Source: Anaerohalosphaeraceae bacterium
GTDB lineage: Bacteria; Planctomycetota; Phycisphaerae; Sedimentisphaerales; Anaerohalosphaeraceae
Length of the DNA stretch: 64,000 nucleotides
NCBI GenBank assembly: GCA_050309605.1
Contig: JBNRMN010000010.1
Location: 8,936 to 72,935 of the forward strand
Direction: 5' to 3'
This document shows, piece by piece, positions 1 through 8,837 of this stretch. The notes below the pieces were generated by a model, which worked only from the letters and a program-made list of their open reading frames with translations, searched no databases and was not told where the DNA came from. A program made the position numbers and the translations under genes. Numbering within the stretch: the first letter of the stretch is position 1; each line of letters starts with the position of its first letter.

Positions 1-592
1 GAACAGCGTATCCGTCGGCGGCCGTCGAATCACACTTCAAAATATTGCGGTTAATCGCAAGGCGCGGCATCAGGGGGCTTCGCGTCCGGCGGAATTTGCT
101 CCCAACGGCAGTCAAGTTCTGCTGGATCGCTGTTCGGTCAATGCCGACAATGTTTGGTTTGTCGCCACCGGAGGCCGACTGTCCGGCCCGATTGTGGTCC
201 TCAATGGCGAATTTCGCGGCGATAGTCGTGCCGAATCTCACCAGCGATGGGCCACGGGGATGCTTTTTGACAATGTGCGAGCTCCGCAGGGCGCGATTGA
301 ATTTCGCAATCGAGGATCGATGGGATCGGGTCATGGCTGGTCGATGGGTTGGGGGGTATTATGGAATTGCGTGGCCGATCACTATATAGTTCAGCAGCCG
401 CCCGGTGCGGCCAACTGGGTCATCGGGTGTGTTGGTCGCAGTCGTCTTACCGCGAGACCTTTTGGTTCCGAGCCGCTATTGCCCGAAGGGATGCTGGATT
501 CACACAACGAGCCGGTAACGCCGCAAAGTCTGTATCTGGCGCAGTTGGCCGAGCGTTTGGGGGCTGAAGCGCTCGGACATATCGGTTACTGA
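1..592 (+). CDS. 5'-truncated (window edge) pectate-lyase-like parallel beta-helix protein, C-terminal part
   Basis: Frame is open from base 2 (NSVSVGGRRITLQNIAV...) to TGA at 590-592. Motifs SHQRWATGMLFDNV, NRGSMGSGHGWS and PQSLYLAQLAERLG match the beta-helix domain of the 13438 ORF. Confidence 0.75.
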   Translation, partial: NSVSVGGRRITLQNIAVNRKARHQGASRPAEFAPNGSQVLLDRCSVNADNVWFVATGGRLSGPIVVLNGEFRGDSRAESHQRWATGMLFDNVRAPQGAIEFRNRGSMGSGHGWSMGWGVLWNCVADHYIVQQPPGAANWVIGCVGRSRLTARPFGSEPLLPEGMLDSHNEPVTPQSLYLAQLAERLGAEALGHIGY

Positions 593-626
593 AAAACGGT
601 TACAAAGAGCGGCACAAAAAACGCGC

Positions 627-651
627 TGCCGACAGGTGCGGCATTATTTTT
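627..651 (+). terminator. Possible weak intrinsic terminator
   Basis: TGCCG-acaggtg-CGGCA stem followed by TTATTTTT, 35 nt after the stop at 592. Confidence 0.3.
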
Positions 652-663
652 ACAGAAAAAATG

Positions 664-691
664 TGTAAGATTTCGTTGCCTTATGCGAATA
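664..691 (+). promoter_or_regulatory. Putative ECF-type promoter TGTAAG-N16-CGAATA
   Basis: Bipartite motif with a 16-nt spacer that recurs upstream of several genes in the window (6591, 48801-, 49059, 40608-). Confidence 0.6.
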
Positions 692-760
692 CAATAATAA
701 GTCTGCATAAATGTGTATGTTGTTTGAATGTCAGCAAGCTGTTCGGTGTGGAGTTTCAAT

Positions 761-3088
761 ATGAAAATGAGTTCTAAATCGTTTCAAGTCAAAGTTCACC
801 TTGTTTTTGTATGGTTTTTTCTGTGTTTTCCTGTGTTCTGCGTTTCGGATGTTATTTTAGATGTTGATTGGGGTTCCTTTCTCTCTCGCAGTGACTTGGT
901 ATGGACGCAGTTGCCGACTGGCTGGAAGGACGGGGCGTTTACCGGTAACGGCATTATCGGAACGGTGTTCTGGCAAGAAGAGGACGGCTCTTTATTTTTT
1001 GAGGTCAGCCGAACGGATGCGTACGATCACCGTAACAACAGTTCGATTTACACCGGCCGGTATCGTATGCCGCACGGGAATTTTACACTTGATTTCGAGG
1101 GTGATAATCCAACCGGTCAGTTGCGATTGGACCTGTGGAATGCTGAGGTTCGCGGCCAGATCAAGACCAGCCGCGGTTCAATGACGCTTCGCACCCTGAC
1201 GCATGCGATTGACGACATCATTTTGCTGGAAATTCAACCCATCGGCGGCGAATCGCTGAATCTTGAGTGGCATCCGGATATTTGTCAGACGTCTCGTCCG
1301 GAACAACGCGGCAGGCCCGGCACAACGCCTTATCCGCCGCAAACACGCCATACGGTTGACGACGTTACAGTCAGTGTACAGGAGATGCCCGACAGCCCTG
1401 AGTATGATACACAGGGGCGCGGTCCCGGTCAGTCGGCAACCGGCTGGAAGATCGTCAACGGCGGCGACGGGACCTTTTATGTCTATATCAGTCGGACGCA
1501 TTCCTGGCCCGGCACAACGGCGAAACAGCAGGCCGCCGACAATGTCAATCGAGCGGCGGCAAGGGGGGTGAGACAGTTCATTCAGACCCACCGTCAGTGG
1601 TGGCACGACTATTATCAAAAGAGCTTTTTATCGATACCAAGCTGTCGTTTGGAAAGTTTTTACTGGATTCAGATGTACAAAATGGCCTCGGCGACGCGGG
1701 CCGACCGGCCGATTATCGATTTGGCCGGGCCGTGGTATTTACGCGGCACGCCGTGGCCGGGTATCTGGTGGAATTTAAATATTCAGGCCACGTATGCGCC
1801 ATTTTATGCGGCCAATCATAACGATACGGCCGATTCGCTGATCAATTGGATGATCAAATATAAAGACAACCTTGAATCCAACGCCGGCGGCAACGGGCGG
1901 TATGCAATTGGTCGATCAGCGCCGATTACGCTCGAACGCCGTTGTCCGACATCGGGTTATGAGTTCGGCAATCTGGGCTATGCGCTGCACAATGTGTGGC
2001 AGCAGTATCGCTGTACAATGGATGATGAACTGCTGAAGGAAAAGCTGTATCCGCTGATGCGGGGACATTATCGATTTGCGATGGATTATTATGTCGAAAA
2101 GATGGATGACGGCACATATCATCTCAAGCCGAGCGGTTCGCCGGAATATACGCGAGACGGGTATCCGCCGCCGCGAAACTGCAACTATAATCTGTCGATT
2201 TTGAAGTGGATGATGACAGCGATGGTCTATGCCGATGATCGTCTTAATCTGAACGACCCGATCATTTCGGAAGTCAAGACCGTTCTGGGCAATCTGGTCG
2301 AGTATCCGGTTCATCCTGAGGAGGGCTTTATGGTCGGTCAGGACCAGCGGTTTGCCTATTCACATCGGCATTGGTCACATCTATTTATGATTTATCCGTT
2401 TTATGAATATACATACGATGATCCGGCCCAGGGTGCGTTGATTGATAAGTCGCTTGAGCATTGGTTGTCCTATTCGCAGGCTTTCCGCGGTTATTCGTGG
2501 CTGGCGGCGGCCTCAATGGCGGCGATGAAGGGGCAAGGAGATGCGGCTTTGGATTATATTCTCCGTTCGCTGGATCATCCACGGTATCCGGCGCAGCCCA
2601 ATACATTCTATATCGAGGCCGGGCCGGTGATAGAAACGCCTCTGATGGCTGCACGGACGATTCAGGATTTGATATTGACCAGTTATAACGATGTCATTCG
2701 GGTATTTCCGGCGGTTCCTGCGGCGTGGAAAGACGCAGCATTCCACACCTTCCGAGCGGAAGGGGCCTTTTTAGTCAGCGCCAAACGTGAAAAAGGCAAA
2801 ACCGTGTTCATTCGTATCGAAAGCCTGGCCGGGGAACCGTGTCGTGTTCAAACCGGAATGACCGGTCCAATCAAAGCGTACGGGGGGCGCGAATTCACGT
2901 TGACTGATGTCGGCGATGGAGTCATAGAGGTTGATCTTCGCAAGAGTGAGGCGGTTATTCTTTATTCGGACGATCTGCCCGAACGAAGACTTCAGCCTGT
3001 GAATGTGTTCGATGCTGACAATTATTGGGGAACAATTGCCGACGGTCGTAAACCGGAGATACTCAAGATTGGTCCGGCACAGAACTGA
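761..3088 (+). CDS. GH95-like glycoside hydrolase (alpha-L-fucosidase-related, (alpha/alpha)6 barrel), secreted
   Basis: GAFTGNG N-terminal motif, WWNLNIQATY, SPEY, SHRHWSHL, VIRVFPAVPAAW and FRAEGAFLVSA. Hydrophobic N-terminus. ATG 761 follows GGAG; the ORF track starts at 728. Confidence 0.8.
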   Translation: MKMSSKSFQVKVHLVFVWFFLCFPVFCVSDVILDVDWGSFLSRSDLVWTQLPTGWKDGAFTGNGIIGTVFWQEEDGSLFFEVSRTDAYDHRNNSSIYTGRYRMPHGNFTLDFEGDNPTGQLRLDLWNAEVRGQIKTSRGSMTLRTLTHAIDDIILLEIQPIGGESLNLEWHPDICQTSRPEQRGRPGTTPYPPQTRHTVDDVTVSVQEMPDSPEYDTQGRGPGQSATGWKIVNGGDGTFYVYISRTHSWPGTTAKQQAADNVNRAAARGVRQFIQTHRQWWHDYYQKSFLSIPSCRLESFYWIQMYKMASATRADRPIIDLAGPWYLRGTPWPGIWWNLNIQATYAPFYAANHNDTADSLINWMIKYKDNLESNAGGNGRYAIGRSAPITLERRCPTSGYEFGNLGYALHNVWQQYRCTMDDELLKEKLYPLMRGHYRFAMDYYVEKMDDGTYHLKPSGSPEYTRDGYPPPRNCNYNLSILKWMMTAMVYADDRLNLNDPIISEVKTVLGNLVEYPVHPEEGFMVGQDQRFAYSHRHWSHLFMIYPFYEYTYDDPAQGALIDKSLEHWLSYSQAFRGYSWLAAASMAAMKGQGDAALDYILRSLDHPRYPAQPNTFYIEAGPVIETPLMAARTIQDLILTSYNDVIRVFPAVPAAWKDAAFHTFRAEGAFLVSAKREKGKTVFIRIESLAGEPCRVQTGMTGPIKAYGGREFTLTDVGDGVIEVDLRKSEAVILYSDDLPERRLQPVNVFDADNYWGTIADGRKPEILKIGPAQN

Positions 3089-3125
3089 AAAACGCTTTAT
3101 TGTTTTCGATTTGTGGACATTTTTT

Positions 3126-3153
3126 TGAAAGAATACTGAATCTGTGAAGATTT
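3126..3153 (+). promoter_or_regulatory. Weak match to ECF-type promoter (TGAAAG-N16-AGATTT)
   Basis: TGAAAGAAT is identical to the sequence upstream of the paralogous sigma gene (49059). The -10 element is degenerate. Confidence 0.3.
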
Positions 3154-3251
3154 TTGGGATTGTCCATACGATGTTGCAGCATTCGGGAAATTATTAAAAG
3201 AAGGTCATCGATATAAACGGCGGCGGCAATTTGCCGGCTGACGAGGCGCAA

Positions 3252-3770
3252 ATGAATGAATTTCAAAACACAGAGGAAATGACGCTTCATTGGACACAAT
3301 GTCAATCTGTTGTGTCTGCTTATATTTCTTCTGCGATTCCCAATTTTGAAGACGCCAATGATGTTCTTCAAAGCGTGGCGTTGACCATTGTTCGTGCGTA
3401 TGACAAATACGACAAACAATCGTCTTTCACGGCGTGGGCAATTGGCATTGCGCGCAACGAAATACTTCACTATTATCGCAAAGTCGGGCGCGACCGGCAT
3501 GTTTTCGATGATGATTTGGTTCAGCAGATTGCCCAGGTTTATCAGGAAAACGAAAACGAATTTTCCGAGCTTAAAAAAGCGCTGGAACAGTGTTTGTCAA
3601 AGCTTCAAGGACGATGGAAAGAAATCATTCAGTTACGATATTTGCGCGGTATGGATGCTCGCCGCATTGGTCAGAGTTTCGGGATTTCTCAGAATGCGGT
3701 GTTTGCTCTGCTGCATCGGATTCGCCAGTCGCTTCGTGAGTGTATTCAGCGGACCGTGAAATATGAATAA
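3252..3770 (+). CDS. ECF sigma-70 factor (module 1)
   Basis: Region 2 (DANDVLQ...FTAWAIGIARNEIL) and region 4 (LEQCLSKL...IQLRYLRG...LHRIRQSLRECI). GAGG precedes ATG 3252. Stop overlaps the next start. Confidence 0.92.
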   Translation: MNEFQNTEEMTLHWTQCQSVVSAYISSAIPNFEDANDVLQSVALTIVRAYDKYDKQSSFTAWAIGIARNEILHYYRKVGRDRHVFDDDLVQQIAQVYQENENEFSELKKALEQCLSKLQGRWKEIIQLRYLRGMDARRIGQSFGISQNAVFALLHRIRQSLRECIQRTVKYE

Positions 3771-5463
3771 TAACGACAAGACAAGTCCGGAGCAGTTGTT
3801 TACGATTTATTTTGACGGTAGTCTTTCTCCGGGCCAGCGTCAGCAGTTGGTGGAATGGCTCAAAGCAAACAAGTCGCATATCAAACAGTTTGTTTATGCC
3901 TCTTATATCCACCGGGGAATGTACGATATTCTCTACGGTCAAGACACCCACAAAATCATCAGCCGAGGCGTTGATACGGAGGGGGTGTGTGCGGATGATT
4001 TCTGGAAAGCGTTGCTGGAGGAAGAAAAAAACGCGCCTTCGGTTGAACTTGAACAATCCGATGAATGTAAGCCTGATGTGATTGTGCCCGACCGCAGTCA
4101 GATTCAGGTGACGCGCGGGCATATTAATCGATTTGCATGGGGCACGGCGTTTGCATCCCTGGCGGCGTTTTTTTTCCTGTTGATGTATGTCCATCTCAAT
4201 CCGAGACCGGTTTCCGAGCCGGTGGCGGCGGTCAGCGATGTCATCAAAGTTCAGTCTCATGACTGGGATCCGGCCCTTCGTCCGGGGGTGCGGTTGTTGA
4301 CGCGGGACGGTGTGTATCGCGTGGGGCAGGGACTTGCCAAAATTCAACTTGACAACGGGGTTCATGCGGTGATTGAAGGTCCCGGTGAATTTGAATTGAT
4401 CAGTTATGATGAAATCGCACTTCACTCCGGTCGGCTCTTCGCCTCTGTGCCGCGTCGGTCGGTGGGGTTTATCGTCAGTACCTCCAATGCCAAAGTCATT
4501 GATCTGGGGACTGAGTTCGGCGTATATGCAGACGGATACGGCGACACCGAGATCCATGTGCTGGATGGACGAGTGTCTCTGGTCTCAGGGATGCGGGCCG
4601 ACGTTCGACATTCACAGGTGGTTTCTGAATCTCAGGCGTGTCGTGTCAGGGGCGATTCCGAGACCATTGAGCCGATTGACTTTCATCCCACCGCATTTGC
4701 TCGGGATATCAATTCAAAGACGCGGTTTATTTGGCGAGGTCAGCCGCTGGATCTGGCGGATATAGCGGGAGGGGGTAACGGATTGGGAACCGGTCGATTG
4801 AATGTATGTATTGATGTGGCCACCGGCAGGCTCAGAGAAGATATACCGCGAGCTCGCATTCAGTTGGAAAAGCCCTATGTGGCGACGGAGCAGTTGCCTT
4901 TTGTGGACGGGCTTTTTATTCCGGACGGACGAAACGGGCCCATTGAGGTGACCTCCGAGGGACATCTTTATGAGGCGCCTGCGACGCTGGGAGAAACGTA
5001 TTACGGCGTCTTTAACGGCTCTGTACTGCCGCTGCGAACGGGCGACAATTATGTGGATCATCCCGTTCAGTTCAGAGGGACTATTTACGGGACTTCCGAA
5101 CAGCCGGCGCTGATGCTGCATTCCAATTTGGGTGTGACGTTTGATTTACAGGCCATTCGTAAGACGCTGCCGCCCGGAAGACGTATCACAGGTTTTTCGG
5201 CTCGCTGCGGAATCGCTGAAGGTCCGCTGCGTTCGCGGCGCGACGAGGATTACTCGGACTTTTTTGTGCTGGTCGATGGCGTGGAGCGATTTCGGGCGGT
5301 GGATATGAATTATCTGTCGGAGATGAGGCCGGTGAAAGTGGAGTTGACGGACAACGATCGGTTTTTGACGTTGATGACCACGGACGGCAGAGACGGAACC
5401 CTTCATTTGGGCTGGTCGTTCTTTGCCGAGCCGCAATTGACCGTCGGTTTGGAACACGAGTAA
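3763..5463 (+). CDS. FecR-family membrane anti-sigma factor with C-terminal NPCBM/NEW2-like domain (module 1)
   Basis: N-terminal anti-sigma helices, one TM segment (TAFASLAAFFFLLMYVHL), FecR core (VIEGP...VIDLGTEFGV...EIHVLDGRV), and C-terminal LHSNLGVTFDL...VLVDG...DRFLTLMTTDG...FAEPQL. Confidence 0.88.
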   Translation: MNNNDKTSPEQLFTIYFDGSLSPGQRQQLVEWLKANKSHIKQFVYASYIHRGMYDILYGQDTHKIISRGVDTEGVCADDFWKALLEEEKNAPSVELEQSDECKPDVIVPDRSQIQVTRGHINRFAWGTAFASLAAFFFLLMYVHLNPRPVSEPVAAVSDVIKVQSHDWDPALRPGVRLLTRDGVYRVGQGLAKIQLDNGVHAVIEGPGEFELISYDEIALHSGRLFASVPRRSVGFIVSTSNAKVIDLGTEFGVYADGYGDTEIHVLDGRVSLVSGMRADVRHSQVVSESQACRVRGDSETIEPIDFHPTAFARDINSKTRFIWRGQPLDLADIAGGGNGLGTGRLNVCIDVATGRLREDIPRARIQLEKPYVATEQLPFVDGLFIPDGRNGPIEVTSEGHLYEAPATLGETYYGVFNGSVLPLRTGDNYVDHPVQFRGTIYGTSEQPALMLHSNLGVTFDLQAIRKTLPPGRRITGFSARCGIAEGPLRSRRDEDYSDFFVLVDGVERFRAVDMNYLSEMRPVKVELTDNDRFLTLMTTDGRDGTLHLGWSFFAEPQLTVGLEHE

Positions 5464-5507
5464 GCGCATGGAAGAAATTGCCTGATATTCAGCGGAGAAT
5501 TGTGAAA

Positions 5508-6404
5508 ATGAAAGTTTCAAAAGGATTTACGCTGATTGAACTGCTGGTGGTGATTGCGATTATCGCGCTGCTGATGGCCATCGTGGTCCCGGGGCTGAGG
5601 GCGGCCAAGCTCAAGGCGCAGCTTGTAATTGATATGTCCAATTTGAGCGGTCTTGCCAAAGCATGGTTTATGTATTCACAGAATTTTGACGGTGAACTGA
5701 TGGGAGGAAACGCGCCGGGAAACGCCGGCGGCGGTGTGGCCGGTTCGTGGACGAGGGCGCCTTATTTTACATGGGTGGATTACCCGATATCGAAAAGCAA
5801 TCCTGCGCAGTATGCCGGTGCGGATTTTGACTATCAGGAAGAGATTCTCGGTATTGAGAACGGGCTGATGTTTGACTATGTCGGAAAAGCGGAGATGTAT
5901 CACTGTGCGGCGGACAAGCGCTATTTGAGTCCCCCGGCGCGATCCGGGGCCGCCTCTTTGCACGGGGGATATCGGTCTTATTCGATGACCGGCGGCGCAC
6001 GAGGCGGCACGTGGAATGCGACGCTGGGTCGATACGCGGCGACAGGAGCCAATTTTCAATATGTGGCGGTAACCACGTTCTCACAGATCAAATCTCCCGG
6101 CAACAAATACATTTTCGTGGAAGAAAATGACGGACGCGGTCTGAATGCCGGCCCCTGGGATCAGGATATGCGGCAGTTGACTCAGCCCAGCTCAACGTGG
6201 CGTTGGGTGGATGTGCCGGCGGTTTGGCATATGGGACGCAGCAGTTTCGGATTTGCCGACGGTCATGCGGACGCTCACAAATGGAACGATCCCGACTTGA
6301 TTCCGGCGGCCGAGGAGGGTGTGCAGTATGTCCCCGTCAGTCCGGCCGGGGTGGAGGATTTTGCCTTTATTTTGCACGGTTTTCCTTTTTTGGAATTGCC
6401 GTGA
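5508..6404 (+). CDS. Prepilin-type N-terminal cleavage/methylation protein with C-terminal H-X9-DG motif (DUF1559-like, module 1)
   Basis: [30 protein letters not shown], and H-MGRSSFGFA-DG. GGAG precedes ATG 5508. Confidence 0.9.
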   Translation: MKVSKGFTLIELLVVIAIIALLMAIVVPGLRAAKLKAQLVIDMSNLSGLAKAWFMYSQNFDGELMGGNAPGNAGGGVAGSWTRAPYFTWVDYPISKSNPAQYAGADFDYQEEILGIENGLMFDYVGKAEMYHCAADKRYLSPPARSGAASLHGGYRSYSMTGGARGGTWNATLGRYAATGANFQYVAVTTFSQIKSPGNKYIFVEENDGRGLNAGPWDQDMRQLTQPSSTWRWVDVPAVWHMGRSSFGFADGHADAHKWNDPDLIPAAEEGVQYVPVSPAGVEDFAFILHGFPFLELP

Positions 6405-6590
6405 AAGGCGATGGAAATAGAGATTGCGAGATATGATGATTTGATACATGACGGAAATTGATCATAGGGTTAAGGATTGTCGCAGACACATTCAGAAAAC
6501 AGAGAAAGGAGAGTTGAGAGATGAAATGAGAAAGGGTGATGATTCCTGATTTCGCGTGGAAAACGTGGAATGATGGTGTCAACGTCAGTG

Positions 6591-6618
6591 TGTAAGCGTG
6601 TTTTTGATTTTTCGTACA
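6591..6618 (+). promoter_or_regulatory. Putative ECF-type promoter TGTAAG-N16-CGTACA
   Basis: Same -35 and spacer as 664. Lies in the 270-bp gap before the LamG scaffold genes. Confidence 0.6.
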
Positions 6619-6675
6619 GACAGCACGTTTCTTGCAGTGAAAAGAAAACTGTAAATTTGTTTCGGAGGATGTATT

Positions 6676-8778
6676 ATGAGAAAGATGAGATTGATTTTTA
6701 TGGTCATTGCGACGGCACTGATAGGCATCGGTGCATTATCGCCCGTCCGTGCGGAGTTGGTGGCGCACTATCCCTTTGACGACGGGACCGCAACGGATAT
6801 CTCCGGCAACGCCAATCACGGTGTCCTTGTCGGGAATGTGGCTATGTCGCCCGATCCCGAACGCGGAAATGTGATGTATTTCCCCGGCGGAAACGGCAAC
6901 TATATTCGCGTGCCGGCGAGTCCCAGTTTGAACGCCGTTGCGGCATCTTATACCTTGGCGGTGTGGCTGAATCGTCCTGCCGACACCATGGGGCAGTTCA
7001 TTGAAAAAGGCGGAACCGGCCGCAGCGCGTGGTATGAGCCGCCGTGGGGCGTCCGTCTGGAGAGCGACGGTCTGCTGCGTTTGAACTGGGGCAATACTCC
7101 CTGGTACACGAATTCGGCGATTCCTCTTAATACCTGGACTCACGTGGCAATAGTCTTTGACGCTTCTCTTCCGTCGAACCAGCGAAAGGTGTACATTGAC
7201 GGCGTGCTGGATGCAGAAAGTGACTGGGCTGCCGCAAGTACGAACACCTATGATCTGTTCATTGGTACGGACTGGTATAGCGGTGTTTCGCGATGGGGTC
7301 TCAATGCGTATCTGAGTGATCTTCAAATTTTCAGTACAGCCCTGTCCGAGTCCGATATTATCAACGTGATGACTGGGACGGGAGTAACGGATATTGACCC
7401 GCCCAACGGTGCGATTCGTGTGCCGGTGGATCAGGTTCTTTCGTGGAATCCTCCAGAAATAGAGGATCCGAATTTTGTGATAACGGGGTATGATGTTTAT
7501 TTTGATCCGAATCAGGTCAAAGTGGCCGATGGCGATATTACGGTGAAAGTCGCAACCCATCAACCTGAAACCACGTATGATCCCGGATTACTGGACTATG
7601 TCAGAACCTATTACTGGCGTGTGGATGTGGTCGGCCAATACGATAATCTGCCCGATCCGAATATCTTTCCCGGGGCGGTTTTTTCCTTTACGACAATGTC
7701 CTTGTCGCCGGAAATTATCGGTCAGCCGGTCGATCAGGTGCGCGGCCCGGCCAACGGCAAGCCGGACGCCGTTCTGGCGGTCGAAGCGCTGAATGCGACC
7801 CATTATCAATGGTATAAAGACGACGCACCGATAGCCGGTTCCACGGATCCGACGCTGACGATTGCCGGCGTTCAGCCGGGCGACGAGGGGCAATACTATT
7901 GCGTCGTGTCCAATATCGACAGCCCCGATGAAATTCAATCAAATACGGTCTGGGTCGAATATGCCCGCCTGACCAGTCAGTGGGATTTCGAACAAACCCT
8001 GACGGATGCGATTGGCGACTATGACGGCATCTATTACGATCCGAACGAGTCGCCGGGCGTCTTTGCGACCGACAGCCGGTCGGGCAATTATGCGGTTCAG
8101 TTCGGCGGCGAAGACGATTGGGTTGAGCTGCCGGTGACGGCCTTGCCCAAAGCCGGCACCGAGATGACGTTTGCCTTCTGGGCCAAGAACTTCACGCCGT
8201 CGGTGGGGACGGTGACGTTGTACGCCAGTGCGGACGCCGCACCGGGTGACCGTCTGATCAACATCCATACCCCCTGGAGCAACAACAATGCTTATCTGGA
8301 TGTCTCCAACCCCGATGCGGGCGGAAGTTATGATCGGGTATCCGCCGGCGGTGCGGTAAACGGGGCAGTCGAGCCTTACTGGATTCACTGGGTCTTTACC
8401 AAAGACGCGGAAACCGGTGTGATGCGAATTTACCGAAACGGTCAGCGGGTCGGCCAGTCAACCGGTCAGACGCGACGCTACTCTGGCGCCGACCGATTCT
8501 TCCTCGGTGCCAATCGCAATGCCGACGAGCAGTTCGGTCAGTTCTTCAATGGGCTGATTGACGACCTGAGGATTTACAACTATGCTCTGGGTGAGGTTGA
8601 AACGGCGTATTTGTATTATGATATGGCCGGCGAAAAAGTATGTGTTGACCCGGCCGATCCTGTATTGGCCCTCTACGACTTTAACGGCAACTGTAAGATC
8701 GATCTGGGTGATATTGCCGAACTGGCCTCCCATTGGCTGACTTGCCAGCGGGTTCCGGATTGTATTGAACGTCCCTGA
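6676..8778 (+). CDS. Secreted LamG - FN3-like - Ig - LamG protein with Cys/EF-hand (dockerin-like) tail
   Basis: Signal peptide ending VRA; LVAHYPFDDG...WTHVAIVFD; YYWRVD; Ig YQWYKD...GQYYCVVSN; second LamG FNGLIDDLRIYNYAL; tail YDFNGNCKIDLGDIAELASHWL...CIERP. Confidence 0.85.
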   Translation: MRKMRLIFMVIATALIGIGALSPVRAELVAHYPFDDGTATDISGNANHGVLVGNVAMSPDPERGNVMYFPGGNGNYIRVPASPSLNAVAASYTLAVWLNRPADTMGQFIEKGGTGRSAWYEPPWGVRLESDGLLRLNWGNTPWYTNSAIPLNTWTHVAIVFDASLPSNQRKVYIDGVLDAESDWAAASTNTYDLFIGTDWYSGVSRWGLNAYLSDLQIFSTALSESDIINVMTGTGVTDIDPPNGAIRVPVDQVLSWNPPEIEDPNFVITGYDVYFDPNQVKVADGDITVKVATHQPETTYDPGLLDYVRTYYWRVDVVGQYDNLPDPNIFPGAVFSFTTMSLSPEIIGQPVDQVRGPANGKPDAVLAVEALNATHYQWYKDDAPIAGSTDPTLTIAGVQPGDEGQYYCVVSNIDSPDEIQSNTVWVEYARLTSQWDFEQTLTDAIGDYDGIYYDPNESPGVFATDSRSGNYAVQFGGEDDWVELPVTALPKAGTEMTFAFWAKNFTPSVGTVTLYASADAAPGDRLINIHTPWSNNNAYLDVSNPDAGGSYDRVSAGGAVNGAVEPYWIHWVFTKDAETGVMRIYRNGQRVGQSTGQTRRYSGADRFFLGANRNADEQFGQFFNGLIDDLRIYNYALGEVETAYLYYDMAGEKVCVDPADPVLALYDFNGNCKIDLGDIAELASHWLTCQRVPDCIERP

Positions 8779-8837
8779 GACGTTTCAGATCGCATCGTTC
8801 AAATAAAAGACGTTTAACGTTTGTTTGAAAGGGGATA

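Noticed and set aside
5508..6404. Annotating the prepilin genes as gspG/pulG of a type II secretion operon
   Set aside because: Only the N-terminal methylation helix matches. No secretin, ATPase or platform genes are present, and the bodies are of the H-X9-DG/DUF1559 type.
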